This document shows positions 1-9,122 of a DNA stretch of 64,000 bases, in pieces. How positions within the stretch are numbered: position 1 is the stretch's first letter; each line of letters begins with the position of its first letter. Location: NCBI GenBank assembly GCA_050949565.1, contig JBMNFY010000017.1, positions 320,001 to 384,000 on the forward strand, written 5' to 3'. This DNA is from Kiritimatiellia bacterium. GTDB lineage: Bacteria; Verrucomicrobiota; Kiritimatiellia; RFP12; UBA1067. Both the position numbers and the translations under genes were made by a program. The notes below the pieces were generated by a model. That model ran no database searches. It worked only from the letters and a program-made list of their open reading frames with translations, and was not told the origin of the DNA.

Positions 1-3000
1 ATCCAGTGCAAGTGCTTTGCAGAAGACGCCTACATCGACAAGGGCGGCGTGGATAGCTTTCTCTCCACCTCGAACAAGTATTTCCAAGACGACCAATTCC
101 GCAAACTGAAGTTCTCGCATCGCCTCTGGATCGCGACCACCAACAACTGGAGCGCCGAGGCCGGCAAGGTCTTGCTCAACCAAGACCCGCCTGTGTCCCG
201 TATCAGCCTGACCGATCTGATCAACGCACCTGTCGATTGGGACTCGCTCGCCAACAACACCATCGGTGAAAAGTCCCGGTTGTTGACCTACAAGGTTAAA
301 CCGCATCAACAGGCCGCCTTGGATGCCGCCCGCACCTACTACGCGGACCATGACCGCGGCAAGATGATTATGGCATGCGGTACCGGCAAGACGTTCACCG
401 CGCTCCGTCTCGTGGAACAGGAAACCGATGGCAAGGGACTGATTCTCTTTCTTGTCCCGTCTATCTCCCTGTTAGGCCAGACGCTTCGCGAATGGTCGGC
501 TCAAGCGCAAAAGCCAATCAAGGCCATCTGCGTCTGTTCGGATGCGAGTGTCGGCAAGCCGGCGAAAACCGACGCCAATACCGATTCCATCCTGGATCTG
601 GCTCTCCCCGCATCCACGAATGTCAACAGCGCGGTTGCCCAGTTGAGGATGCACGAAACCAACAAGATAGACGCAGGGCTTACAGTCGTTTTCTCCACCT
701 ACCAGTCCATCGACGTGGTTTCAAAAGCCCAAAAGAGATACGGACGCGCCTTCGACTTCATCGTCTGCGACGAGGCGCACCGCACAACCGGCGTGACACT
801 CGCCGACGAGGATGAATCCGCCTTTGTCAAAGCCCATGACAACGCCTTTATCCAAGCCTCCAAACGCCTCTACATGACCGCCACGCCGCGCATCTACGGC
901 GAGGGCGCCAAAGCCAGAGCCAAAGAGGTCGATGCCGAGTTATGCTCAATGGACAACGCCGATTACTTCGGCGAGGAGTTCTACCGGATCGGTTTCGGCA
1001 AGGCTGTGGAGCAGCACCTGCTGTCCGACTACAAAGTACTGATTCTGACCGTCCACGAAGAGAGCATCCCTAAGGAGTTCCAGAAGGCACTCACCAAGTC
1101 GGGCGATGCCAAAGAAATTCCGACCGACGAGGTCATGAAACTGGCGGGCTGCATCAAAGCGCTCTCCAAGGCCACCGTCGTTCAGGACGCCGCCATGGTC
1201 AGGGAGATCGACCCTGACCCCATGCGCCGCGCTGTCGCGTTCTGCCAAAGCATCAAAAACTCAAAGGCTCTCGCCGCTGCATTCAACGCCAGCAAGGAAG
1301 TCCTTTACGACCAGTTCACGCCTGAAGAGCAGATGACACTGGTCGATGTCAATGCCGACCATGTGGACGGTACCATGTCTGCAATGATCCGCGATCAAAA
1401 ACTGATCTGGCTCAAATCCGCCGGCGACACCAGCCGCGAATGCCGTGTGCTCTGCAACGTGCGCTGCCTCTCCGAAGGCGTGGACGTGCCCTCGCTCGAT
1501 GCCGTGCTCTTCCTCTCGCCCCGCAACTCACAGGTTGAAGTGGTTCAGTCGGTCGGTCGCGTCATGCGCACCTCGCACGGCAAGAAATACGGCTACATCA
1601 TCATCCCCGTGCTGATCCCCGCCGGCACCACGCCCGAAGAAGCTCTGGATGATAACGAGCGCTTCCGCGTGGTGTGGACGGTTCTAAACGCGCTCCGCGC
1701 CCATGACGACCGCTTTGACGCGCTCATCAACCGGATCAACCTCAACAAACGCCTCCCCACCCAGGTCGAGGTCACCGACAGCGGCGGCGGTTCCTCCGCC
1801 GGCCAAACGTGGAGCGATGAAGACCGCTCCCGCTTCGAGTCAGGAATCCAGTCGAAAAACTTCGCAAACTTCGGCGCCTTCTGCCACGCCATTTTCGCCA
1901 AAATGGTCGAGAAGGTCGGCAACAAACGCTATTGGGAGCAGTGGGCGCGGGATGTCGCCAAGATCGCCGAACGCCATATCGAGCAGATCACCGCCTTCGT
2001 CGCCCAGAGCGGCCCGCAAAAAGACGCTTTCGACACCTTCCTCAAGGGCCTGCACCAAAACATCAACCCCTCCATCACGCAGGACGACGCCATCCAGATG
2101 CTGGCCCAGCACCTCATCACCCGCCCCGTCTTCGACGCCCTCTTCGAAAACTACACCTTCGTCGAGAGCAACCCCGTCTCGAAAGCGATGCAGGGCATGC
2201 TGGATGAACTCTCTTCCCTCACGCTGGAAAAAGACCGCGCCGTCCTGCACGAGTTCTACGAATCCGTCAAAATGCGCACCCGGGGCATCGACAACGGCGA
2301 GGCCAAACAGAAGATCGTCATCGAGCTTTACGATAAGTTCTTTAAGACCGCTTTCCCCAAGACCGTTGAAAAACTCGGCATCGTCTACACGCCCGTCGAG
2401 ATCGTGGACTTCATGCTCCACTCCGTGGCCGACGTGCTCAAGGCTGAATTTGGCCGCAACCTCTCGGACGAGAATATCCACATCCTCGACCCCTTCACCG
2501 GCACCGGCACCTTCATGACGCGCCTGCTGCAATCCAATCTCATCAGCAATAAGGCGCTCGAACGCAAATACACCAAGGAACTGCACGCCAACGAAATCGT
2601 GCTCCTCGCCTACTACATCGCCTCCATCAACATCGAGAACGCCTACCACGAGCGTACCCCCGACAAACCTTATCAACCCTTTGAAGGCATCTGCCTCACC
2701 GACACCTTCCAGCTCGGCGAAAGAAAAGACGAGTTAGACCTGAACGACGGCTTCGTGGACAACACCAAACGTGTCCGTGCCCAGCGCAAAGCCCCGCTGC
2801 GCATCATCATCGGCAACCCGCCCTATTCCGTCGGCCAGAAATCCGCCAACGACAACGCCCCGAACCAGCGCTACCCGAACCTTGAGGAACGCATTGAGGA
2901 GACCTACGTTATCGAAAGCACCGCCACCAACAAAAACTCGCTCTACGACTCCTATATCAAGGCCTTCCGCTGGGCATCCGACCGCCTCGATCCGCAGGGC

Positions 3001-4608
3001 GGCATCGTCGCCTTCGTCTCCAACGGCGCTTGGCTCGACGGCAACGCTATGGACGGTTTCCGCAAGACCATCCAAGAGGAATTTTCCGCCATCTACGTCT
3101 TCAACCTGCGCGGCAACCAGCGTACCAGCGGCGAACTCTCCAGGCGTGAAGGCGGCAAAATCTTCGGCTCCGGCAGCCGTACTCCGATCGCCATCACCCT
3201 GCTGGTCAAGAAGCCCGCCCAGCAGTCTCCCGCAACCATCTACTATCACGACATCGGTGACTATCTCACTCGCGAACAGAAGCTTGAGATCATACGCGGC
3301 TTCGGCTCCATTTCCGCCATGCGAGACACGCTCACCATTCTCAAGCCAAACAAATACGGCGATTGGATCAACCACCGCGACGAAGGCTTCGAGGAACTCA
3401 TCCCGCTTGCTCCGGACGAAAAATTCACGTTGGATCCCCACAGTTTTTTCACTGTCTGCTCTAACGGCGTAAAAACGCAACGTGACGCATGGTGTTACAA
3501 CTCTTCCGAACCCGCCCTTGCCGCCAACATCCAGAAAACGCTCGACTATTACGACCAATGGCGTGAGAAACTCATCACACTTTCCGGCTCAAAAAACCGA
3601 AGCCTGCCGCCGGAAGCTTACGACTCAACGCAGATCAGTTGGACACATGCCTTGAAAACGGATGTCGTACGTGATCGTGAGAATGCTTATGACGCCGACG
3701 GCATCCGTTCCGCTCTCTACCGGCCATTCTTCCGCCAACACCTCTACTTCAACCACGCACTCAATGAACGTACCTATCGCATGTTCGACCTCTTCCCCAC
3801 ACCCAAACACGAAAACCTGCTTATTTGTGTGTCAGGAGTCGGCGTCACCAAAAATTTTTCCGTGATAATCACCGACGTGTTGCCCGACTTGGAGTTGATC
3901 GGCAAGAGCCAGTGTTTCCCGCTCTACTGGTACGAGAAAAGAGAACAGACAGAGCAGATGAACCTGTTCGATACGGACGAGACGTACACGCAACGGGACG
4001 GCGTCAGCGACTTCATTCTTGGGCGGGCTCGGGAACTGTGCGGCCCGAAGGTCACGAAGAAGGATATTTTCTACACCGTGTACGGCATCCTGCACAGCGA
4101 GGAGTACCGTAAGAAGTACGCGGTGAACCTGAAAAAGAGCTTGCCGCGTCTATCGCTGCCGGAGGAGCCTGCGATTTTCTGGGCGTTCAGCAAAGCCGGT
4201 GCCGAACTGGCGGAGCTGCACTTGAATTACGAGACGTTGCCGCCGTGGGCGGAACTGAAGGAAGACAGTCCCAAAGCCAAGCCCTCCACCCGCGTGACCA
4301 AGATGCGTTTCGCCAAAGATGAAAAAGGCGAGAACAAAACCGCCATCATTTACAACGACGATATCACGATATGGAACATCCCGCTTGAGGCCTACAAGTA
4401 CGTGGTCAACGGCAAATCCGCGATCGAGTGGATCATGGAACGCTACCAGGTGACGACCCACAAAGAGAGCGGCATCGTCAACGACCCCAATCTCTGGTGC
4501 GACGAGCACAACCAGCCGCGCTACATCATCGACCTGCTCAAACGGATCGTCACCCTCAGCGTCGAAACCATGAAGATCGTCAAAGCACTGCCGAAACTGG
4601 GGTTGTGA
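1..4608 (+). CDS. Type ISP restriction-modification enzyme (LlaGI/LlaBIII-like: Mrr-type nuclease, SF2 helicase, N6-adenine MTase, TRD); 5' end outside window
   Basis: Frame open from base 1 (IQCKCF, QxK nuclease motif). Walker A MACGTGKT, DEAH, MTATP, LSEGVDVP, QSVGRVMR. MTase motif I LDPFTGTG and motif IV GNPPY. C-terminal YVVNGKSAIEWIMERY..KESGIVNDPN typical of Type ISP. Confidence 0.93.
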   Translation: MQCKCFAEDAYIDKGGVDSFLSTSNKYFQDDQFRKLKFSHRLWIATTNNWSAEAGKVLLNQDPPVSRISLTDLINAPVDWDSLANNTIGEKSRLLTYKVKPHQQAALDAARTYYADHDRGKMIMACGTGKTFTALRLVEQETDGKGLILFLVPSISLLGQTLREWSAQAQKPIKAICVCSDASVGKPAKTDANTDSILDLALPASTNVNSAVAQLRMHETNKIDAGLTVVFSTYQSIDVVSKAQKRYGRAFDFIVCDEAHRTTGVTLADEDESAFVKAHDNAFIQASKRLYMTATPRIYGEGAKARAKEVDAELCSMDNADYFGEEFYRIGFGKAVEQHLLSDYKVLILTVHEESIPKEFQKALTKSGDAKEIPTDEVMKLAGCIKALSKATVVQDAAMVREIDPDPMRRAVAFCQSIKNSKALAAAFNASKEVLYDQFTPEEQMTLVDVNADHVDGTMSAMIRDQKLIWLKSAGDTSRECRVLCNVRCLSEGVDVPSLDAVLFLSPRNSQVEVVQSVGRVMRTSHGKKYGYIIIPVLIPAGTTPEEALDDNERFRVVWTVLNALRAHDDRFDALINRINLNKRLPTQVEVTDSGGGSSAGQTWSDEDRSRFESGIQSKNFANFGAFCHAIFAKMVEKVGNKRYWEQWARDVAKIAERHIEQITAFVAQSGPQKDAFDTFLKGLHQNINPSITQDDAIQMLAQHLITRPVFDALFENYTFVESNPVSKAMQGMLDELSSLTLEKDRAVLHEFYESVKMRTRGIDNGEAKQKIVIELYDKFFKTAFPKTVEKLGIVYTPVEIVDFMLHSVADVLKAEFGRNLSDENIHILDPFTGTGTFMTRLLQSNLISNKALERKYTKELHANEIVLLAYYIASINIENAYHERTPDKPYQPFEGICLTDTFQLGERKDELDLNDGFVDNTKRVRAQRKAPLRIIIGNPPYSVGQKSANDNAPNQRYPNLEERIEETYVIESTATNKNSLYDSYIKAFRWASDRLDPQGGIVAFVSNGAWLDGNAMDGFRKTIQEEFSAIYVFNLRGNQRTSGELSRREGGKIFGSGSRTPIAITLLVKKPAQQSPATIYYHDIGDYLTREQKLEIIRGFGSISAMRDTLTILKPNKYGDWINHRDEGFEELIPLAPDEKFTLDPHSFFTVCSNGVKTQRDAWCYNSSEPALAANIQKTLDYYDQWREKLITLSGSKNRSLPPEAYDSTQISWTHALKTDVVRDRENAYDADGIRSALYRPFFRQHLYFNHALNERTYRMFDLFPTPKHENLLICVSGVGVTKNFSVIITDVLPDLELIGKSQCFPLYWYEKREQTEQMNLFDTDETYTQRDGVSDFILGRARELCGPKVTKKDIFYTVYGILHSEEYRKKYAVNLKKSLPRLSLPEEPAIFWAFSKAGAELAELHLNYETLPPWAELKEDSPKAKPSTRVTKMRFAKDEKGENKTAIIYNDDITIWNIPLEAYKYVVNGKSAIEWIMERYQVTTHKESGIVNDPNLWCDEHNQPRYIIDLLKRIVTLSVETMKIVKALPKLGL

Positions 4609-4661
4609 GCCCCAATAAAACGTGTTCTCAGAACTCATCACTGTAATTGGGAGACAAAACC

Positions 4662-5684
4662 ATGGCAACATCAGAAGAAAACCAACTACAAGAAACAAAA
4701 AATTCACTTGAGCGGATGCAACAGTTTGACGCCTCAGTATTGCCGCGTACCGAGGAGCTTGGCTCCGCTATGAGCTTTCAGGATGCTGTCGCCCCCGCCA
4801 ACCGCTTGATTGATCTTTACAAACAATTGGCGGTCGGTGCACTTGACCATTTTCCGAGCAATGTTCTTCGGACGATCCAACAACAGGCGAATTCCGACTT
4901 CAATGTATTGGATTCACTACTGAAATTCTCCGCCGGAAGTTCCAAAGAAGAGCGTGACCAGAAAATCCAACAAGTCCGCAATGCATATCCAGGTGCCTTC
5001 GAGAAACTGCACCCTTTCATTTCCTACTCGACAAGAACAGCTACGGATTTCAGTCGGTTAGAGCGGGAAGCCCGCGCACACCTTCAAAGTGCCAAAGACA
5101 GTAGCACCGCACTTGAAAATGAATTAAAAAAACAGCGCACCGAGATGGATGCTGCTCTTAGTGCTGTTCGTAAGACGGCGGAAGAACAAGGCGTATCACA
5201 GCAGGCCATATACTTTAAAACTGCGGCGGACGAGTTCGAAGAGGAAGCCCAAAAATGGTTAAAAAGAACACTCTGGCTTGTTGTGTTGCTTGCGACATAT
5301 GTAATCGTTACGCTGTTTTTGCACAAGTTTCCGTTTCTGACACCAACAAACATCCATGAAACAACACAACTTGCTATAAGCAAGATTTTGATGTTTGCTA
5401 CCCTTTCGTTTGTGGTGTTGTTAGCCGCAAAGAACTACTTGGCAAACCGGCACAACGCCGTCGTTAACCGGCACCGTCAAAACGCTTTGGTCACATATCG
5501 TGCCCTTGTTGAATCCGCAAGCGACACCGCCAACCGTGATATTGTGTTGACCAAAGCGGCGGAGTGTATTTTCTCAGCACAACCCACGGCTTTCAGCAAG
5601 TTTGAAGGTGCCGATGGCGGTAGTATTTCCTTACTCAATGTTCCCGGCGGCATCAATTCATCTATTTTGCCTAATTCCAATTAG
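4662..5684 (+). CDS. Hypothetical protein: long helical/coiled-coil N-terminus, two predicted TM helices, cytoplasmic C-terminal tail
   Basis: ATG at 4662 with GGGAG RBS. Heptad-like E/K/Q-rich region, then two hydrophobic stretches (LWLVVLLATYVIVTLFL; ILMFATLSFVVLLAA). Confidence 0.75.
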   Translation: MATSEENQLQETKNSLERMQQFDASVLPRTEELGSAMSFQDAVAPANRLIDLYKQLAVGALDHFPSNVLRTIQQQANSDFNVLDSLLKFSAGSSKEERDQKIQQVRNAYPGAFEKLHPFISYSTRTATDFSRLEREARAHLQSAKDSSTALENELKKQRTEMDAALSAVRKTAEEQGVSQQAIYFKTAADEFEEEAQKWLKRTLWLVVLLATYVIVTLFLHKFPFLTPTNIHETTQLAISKILMFATLSFVVLLAAKNYLANRHNAVVNRHRQNALVTYRALVESASDTANRDIVLTKAAECIFSAQPTAFSKFEGADGGSISLLNVPGGINSSILPNSN

Positions 5685-5824
5685 TCAGCGCCAGAACGTA
5701 TCCGTCTGGAAACAAATGGGAAGGAGTCGCTCGGTCGCAATGGGTCGTAATTTGACATCGGACAGATGATGGTTGAACGACACACAACGTTGTCGCAAAA
5801 CCAGTCGGAATGTCTAGTGCCAAA

Positions 5825-6433
5825 TCAAGGCCACTCCTTTTCCATATGCCTTAATATCTTTTGAAGTGTTTCCGTAGCTTCTTTTGCATATGCATCAATC
5901 AAACTGCCAAGTTTGACTTGAGGATGGGATATGTTGTCCAATGGAGACTTTGACAAAGTGTTATGTTTCGGTTTTTCCCATTTTTCATAAGTAAACGACG
6001 AATAGTCACCAAAATTTCTACCCATGAACGCTCGTGTTAATGGCTCTGACTTTGGGTGCTCTCTTTTCGCAGGATGCCCTGCGCACGTATTTCTGAGAAG
6101 GCGCAGTTTTTGCCATGAGCCTAAATTATCGACTGTTAGTTTTGATCCGGTAACAGCCCAATAAAGTTCACAAATGGCATCCTGCTGAATAAAAATGGCC
6201 TGCATAACGCCCCAGAACTCAATATATGCTAAATGAGAATCAGTCGCGAAGCCTCTCTCGCGATGAACAGACAGGCTTTCGGTTGTATCCTGTAATAGGT
6301 ACATACTCGTGTAATAGGCTGCATACCTTTCTTCCTGGGCATCAGCAAAGAAGAACTTTTGACAAGCAGTATTGCCGTGAAAGTAATTGTAGATTCGTTC
6401 TCGAATTTCCAAGATGTTTTCCATGTTCGTCAT
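5825..6433 (-). CDS. Hypothetical protein with HEPN-like RxxxxxH motif
   Basis: About 200 aa helical ORF, lower GC than flanks. Contains LRLLRNTCAGHP. Start ATG 6433 or 6424. Confidence 0.6.
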   Translation of the reverse strand: MTNMENILEIRERIYNYFHGNTACQKFFFADAQEERYAAYYTSMYLLQDTTESLSVHRERGFATDSHLAYIEFWGVMQAIFIQQDAICELYWAVTGSKLTVDNLGSWQKLRLLRNTCAGHPAKREHPKSEPLTRAFMGRNFGDYSSFTYEKWEKPKHNTLSKSPLDNISHPQVKLGSLIDAYAKEATETLQKILRHMEKEWP

Positions 6434-6563
6434 AACCACGCCCGTCAACATGCAGGGTAGCACGTATTCTCTGGGCGCGCAAAGCGGAAAACGAGCGTAA
6501 TATTGTCGCGCCTCCGAATCCTGCCAAATTCAGTCTTTCCGAGTCCTAAACAATGTGGTACCG

Positions 6564-6602
6564 TGTTTACGAAACCAGAAAGAAATGTGCTTTATGTAAA
6601 CA
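6564..6602. promoter_or_regulatory. Candidate operator (TGTTTAC...GTAAACA inverted repeat) in the divergent promoter region
   Basis: 7-bp arms at 6564-6570 and 6596-6602, just upstream of the XRE gene RBS (AGGAG 6604-6608). Confidence 0.3.
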
Positions 6603-6615
6603 AAGGAGTAACGCG

Positions 6616-7674
6616 ATGGACAACCTGTTCGGACAGAGACTTAGGCAGGCGCGTACCATGAAAGGGATGTCGCTGCGTGCGCTAGCTACCGCAACGGAAA
6701 ACAAAATTTCCCATAATGCGCTGGCACGGTACGAGCGTGGCGAGATGGCTCCGGGAAGCGCAACTCTACTGGCCGTGGCCGAAGCCCTTGAACAGCCGGT
6801 CGATTTCTTCTTCCGTCCCTACAAAGCCAAACTGGCCGAGGTACGGTTTCGTAAAAAATACGCCGTACCCAGCAGCAAAGCCAAGGCAGCCATCGAGCAG
6901 GCCAACGACTTCTACGAGCGCTACCGTGAAGCCGAAGAGTTGGCAGGCGACGTGCTGATATACAAACCGCCGCTGGACATGAAGATGCCCATCCAAAAAG
7001 CCGAAGAGGCTGAGGATGCCGCAACCCAATTACGAAAAATCTGGAGACTCGGCCTTGACCCGATTCCCAGCGTGGTCAGCCTTCTCGAGCGCGTGGGGAT
7101 AAAAGTCTGCGAAATGGATCTTCCCGAAGGGCTCGACGGCTTTTGCGCCCATGCGGACGGTGATCCGCTGATCGTGCTCGCACGGACGAACAATGTCCCC
7201 CGCAAGCGTATGACTTGCACGCATGAAATGGCACATATTGTTCTCCCGCTACCGGAAGACGAAAAACTGGAGGAGAAAATTGCCAAACGGTTCGCAGGCG
7301 CGTTTCTGCTCCCTGCCCCAACCTTCAAAGCGGCTTTTGGCAAATTCCGAAACCGGATCGGTCTAAACGAGTTGATCGAACTCAAAATAGAATTCGGAGC
7401 CTCAATCATGGCGATCATGAAGCGAGCCGAACAACTAGTCATGGTCTCCCCGCAAACCTTTCGCAACTTCTGTAAATTTGTCAATCAACACGGCTGGCGT
7501 AAAAACGGCGAGCCGGGCGACATGCAATGTGCCTGCGAAGAGACCCCTACTCGCTACAAGCAACTTGTCTGGAGAGCCGTAGCAGAAGGCCAGATTAGTA
7601 TGTCGAAGGGTGCGGCATTGCTCAAACAGGATCTTGCCTCTTTTCGCCATGACCTCAAGGACGTAATTATGTAG
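6616..7674 (+). CDS. XRE-family HTH fused to ImmA/IrrE metallopeptidase domain
   Basis: N-terminal FGQRLRQAR..SLRALA..LARYERG HTH. HExxH in THEMAH followed by EKIAKRFAGAFLLP. Confidence 0.9.
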   Translation: MDNLFGQRLRQARTMKGMSLRALATATENKISHNALARYERGEMAPGSATLLAVAEALEQPVDFFFRPYKAKLAEVRFRKKYAVPSSKAKAAIEQANDFYERYREAEELAGDVLIYKPPLDMKMPIQKAEEAEDAATQLRKIWRLGLDPIPSVVSLLERVGIKVCEMDLPEGLDGFCAHADGDPLIVLARTNNVPRKRMTCTHEMAHIVLPLPEDEKLEEKIAKRFAGAFLLPAPTFKAAFGKFRNRIGLNELIELKIEFGASIMAIMKRAEQLVMVSPQTFRNFCKFVNQHGWRKNGEPGDMQCACEETPTRYKQLVWRAVAEGQISMSKGAALLKQDLASFRHDLKDVIM

Positions 7675-7680
7675 GTTGCA

Positions 7681-8187
7681 ATGAAAGTTGCCATCAAGGA
7701 CGCCAACATTCTGATAGATCTGATTGAGGCCGACTTGCTCGGGCTCTGGTTTCGACTGGGTATCGAAACTTTCACGACAGATCTCGTACACTTCGAAATC
7801 AAGAAGGAATCACAGCGAAAAACGCTGGACGCCTTCATTGAGGCAGGATTGCTAAAGGTGGAGAGTTTCGAACCGGAATTGCTTCAGATCATCGGAACGA
7901 TAAAAAATGAACACAGGATCAGTATGGCTGATGCCTCAACGTTATTTTTAGCGAGAAAGCTCGGCGCAGTCTTGTTGTCTGGGGATGAAAGATTACGTAA
8001 GGCGGCAAAAGCTTCTGAACTCGATGTTCGCGGCATCTTCTGGATCTTTGATCGGTTGTTGGACGAAAGGCTTCTCACAAAATACGAAGCTTGCCTACGA
8101 CTGCAACGGCTGATTGACTGTGGTAGTTTTTTACCCCGAAATATTTGTGACGAACGCCTTCGGGCTTGGGGTGAGCCGACTACGTGA
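7681..8187 (+). CDS. PIN-domain protein
   Basis: MKVAIKDANILIDL N-terminal PIN motif, SMADAS, LLSGDERLR. Starts 6 nt after the XRE-ImmA gene. Confidence 0.85.
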   Translation: MKVAIKDANILIDLIEADLLGLWFRLGIETFTTDLVHFEIKKESQRKTLDAFIEAGLLKVESFEPELLQIIGTIKNEHRISMADASTLFLARKLGAVLLSGDERLRKAAKASELDVRGIFWIFDRLLDERLLTKYEACLRLQRLIDCGSFLPRNICDERLRAWGEPTT

Positions 8188-8289
8188 TGATCAACACCAC
8201 TGCTCAAAAGGCGGCGTCGCGCCCTCACGTGAAAAATCCGAGCAGCGCTTTTACTCTCAATTTCTACTTGAGAGTTGAGCGTTCCCCGC

Positions 8290-8336
8290 TACCTCTCACC
8301 TCTCACCTCTTACCTCTTACCTATTACCTCTTACCT
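8290..8336. repeat. Heptamer tandem array (YACCTCT x about 6.7)
   Basis: tacctct cacctct cacctct tacctct tacctat tacctct tacct, abutting the stop codon at 8337. Confidence 0.9.
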
Positions 8337-9107
8337 TCACCCGATGCGCCCGATCAGGCGCAGCAGTCCATCAAGAATCGTGAGCGGGTGCGGCGGGCAG
8401 CCCGGAATGTACAGATCCACCGGCACCACCGAAGAAGCACCATTACAAACTTCCGGCCTGTCTGCAAACACGCCGCCGGAGATCGCGCAGGTGCCGACCG
8501 CAATGACGATGCGCGGATCGGACACCGCGTCATACGTCTTCTTCAACGCCAGCGCCATGTTTTGCGAAACCGGCCCCGTTACCAGCAGGCCGTCGGCATG
8601 CCGCGGCGAGGCTACGAACTTGATGCCGAAGCGGCTCAGGTCCCAGCCGACTGTCGTCAGCACGTTGCTGTCGGCCTCGCAGGCGTTACAACCGCCGGCG
8701 CTGACCTGACGCAGCTTCAACGAGCGTCCCAGCAGCTTGCGCAGCGCCTCGTCCAACGCAGCACCTTTGGCCTCGATCTCATCACGCTCACGCGACACCA
8801 CGAGATCCGTGCGCTCACGCGCCGCGAGCTGGTAATTGTCGGAATAGGAGATGGCTTGGTGCGGACATGCCGCCGCGCATTCCGGACAAAAGAGACACTT
8901 GCCCAGATCAATGGTTTTCGGCGTTGACGCGCTGAGTGCGCCGGTCGGGCATGCTGCCTCGCAGGCGTTGTTGCATCCCGCGACACATCGCGTCTTATGC
9001 ACGACTGGCCGTCCGCGAAAGCGGTCCGGCATCGGCGGCGGCGCGGCTTTAGGATAGCGCATCGTCCTGTGCTTTTGCTGCAAGCGAGCAACGATTTCTG
9101 GAATCAT
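8337..9107 (-). CDS. Ehr/hydrogenase-4 small subunit (NuoB/HyfI-like) fused to N-terminal 2x[4Fe-4S] ferredoxin (HyfH-like)
   Basis: CLFCPECAAACP, GGCNACE, SPRHADGLLVTG, GTCAISGG, YIPGCPPHP. Confidence 0.88.
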   Translation of the reverse strand: MIPEIVARLQQKHRTMRYPKAAPPPMPDRFRGRPVVHKTRCVAGCNNACEAACPTGALSASTPKTIDLGKCLFCPECAAACPHQAISYSDNYQLAARERTDLVVSRERDEIEAKGAALDEALRKLLGRSLKLRQVSAGGCNACEADSNVLTTVGWDLSRFGIKFVASPRHADGLLVTGPVSQNMALALKKTYDAVSDPRIVIAVGTCAISGGVFADRPEVCNGASSVVPVDLYIPGCPPHPLTILDGLLRLIGRIG

Positions 9108-9122
9108 AACAGCGTCCTCGGC

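Noticed and set aside
5685-6470. Integron cassette (attC) structure around the HEPN-like gene
   Set aside because: A GTTATGA lies before the start, but no matching RYYYAAC/GTTRRRY palindrome could be built and there is no integrase.
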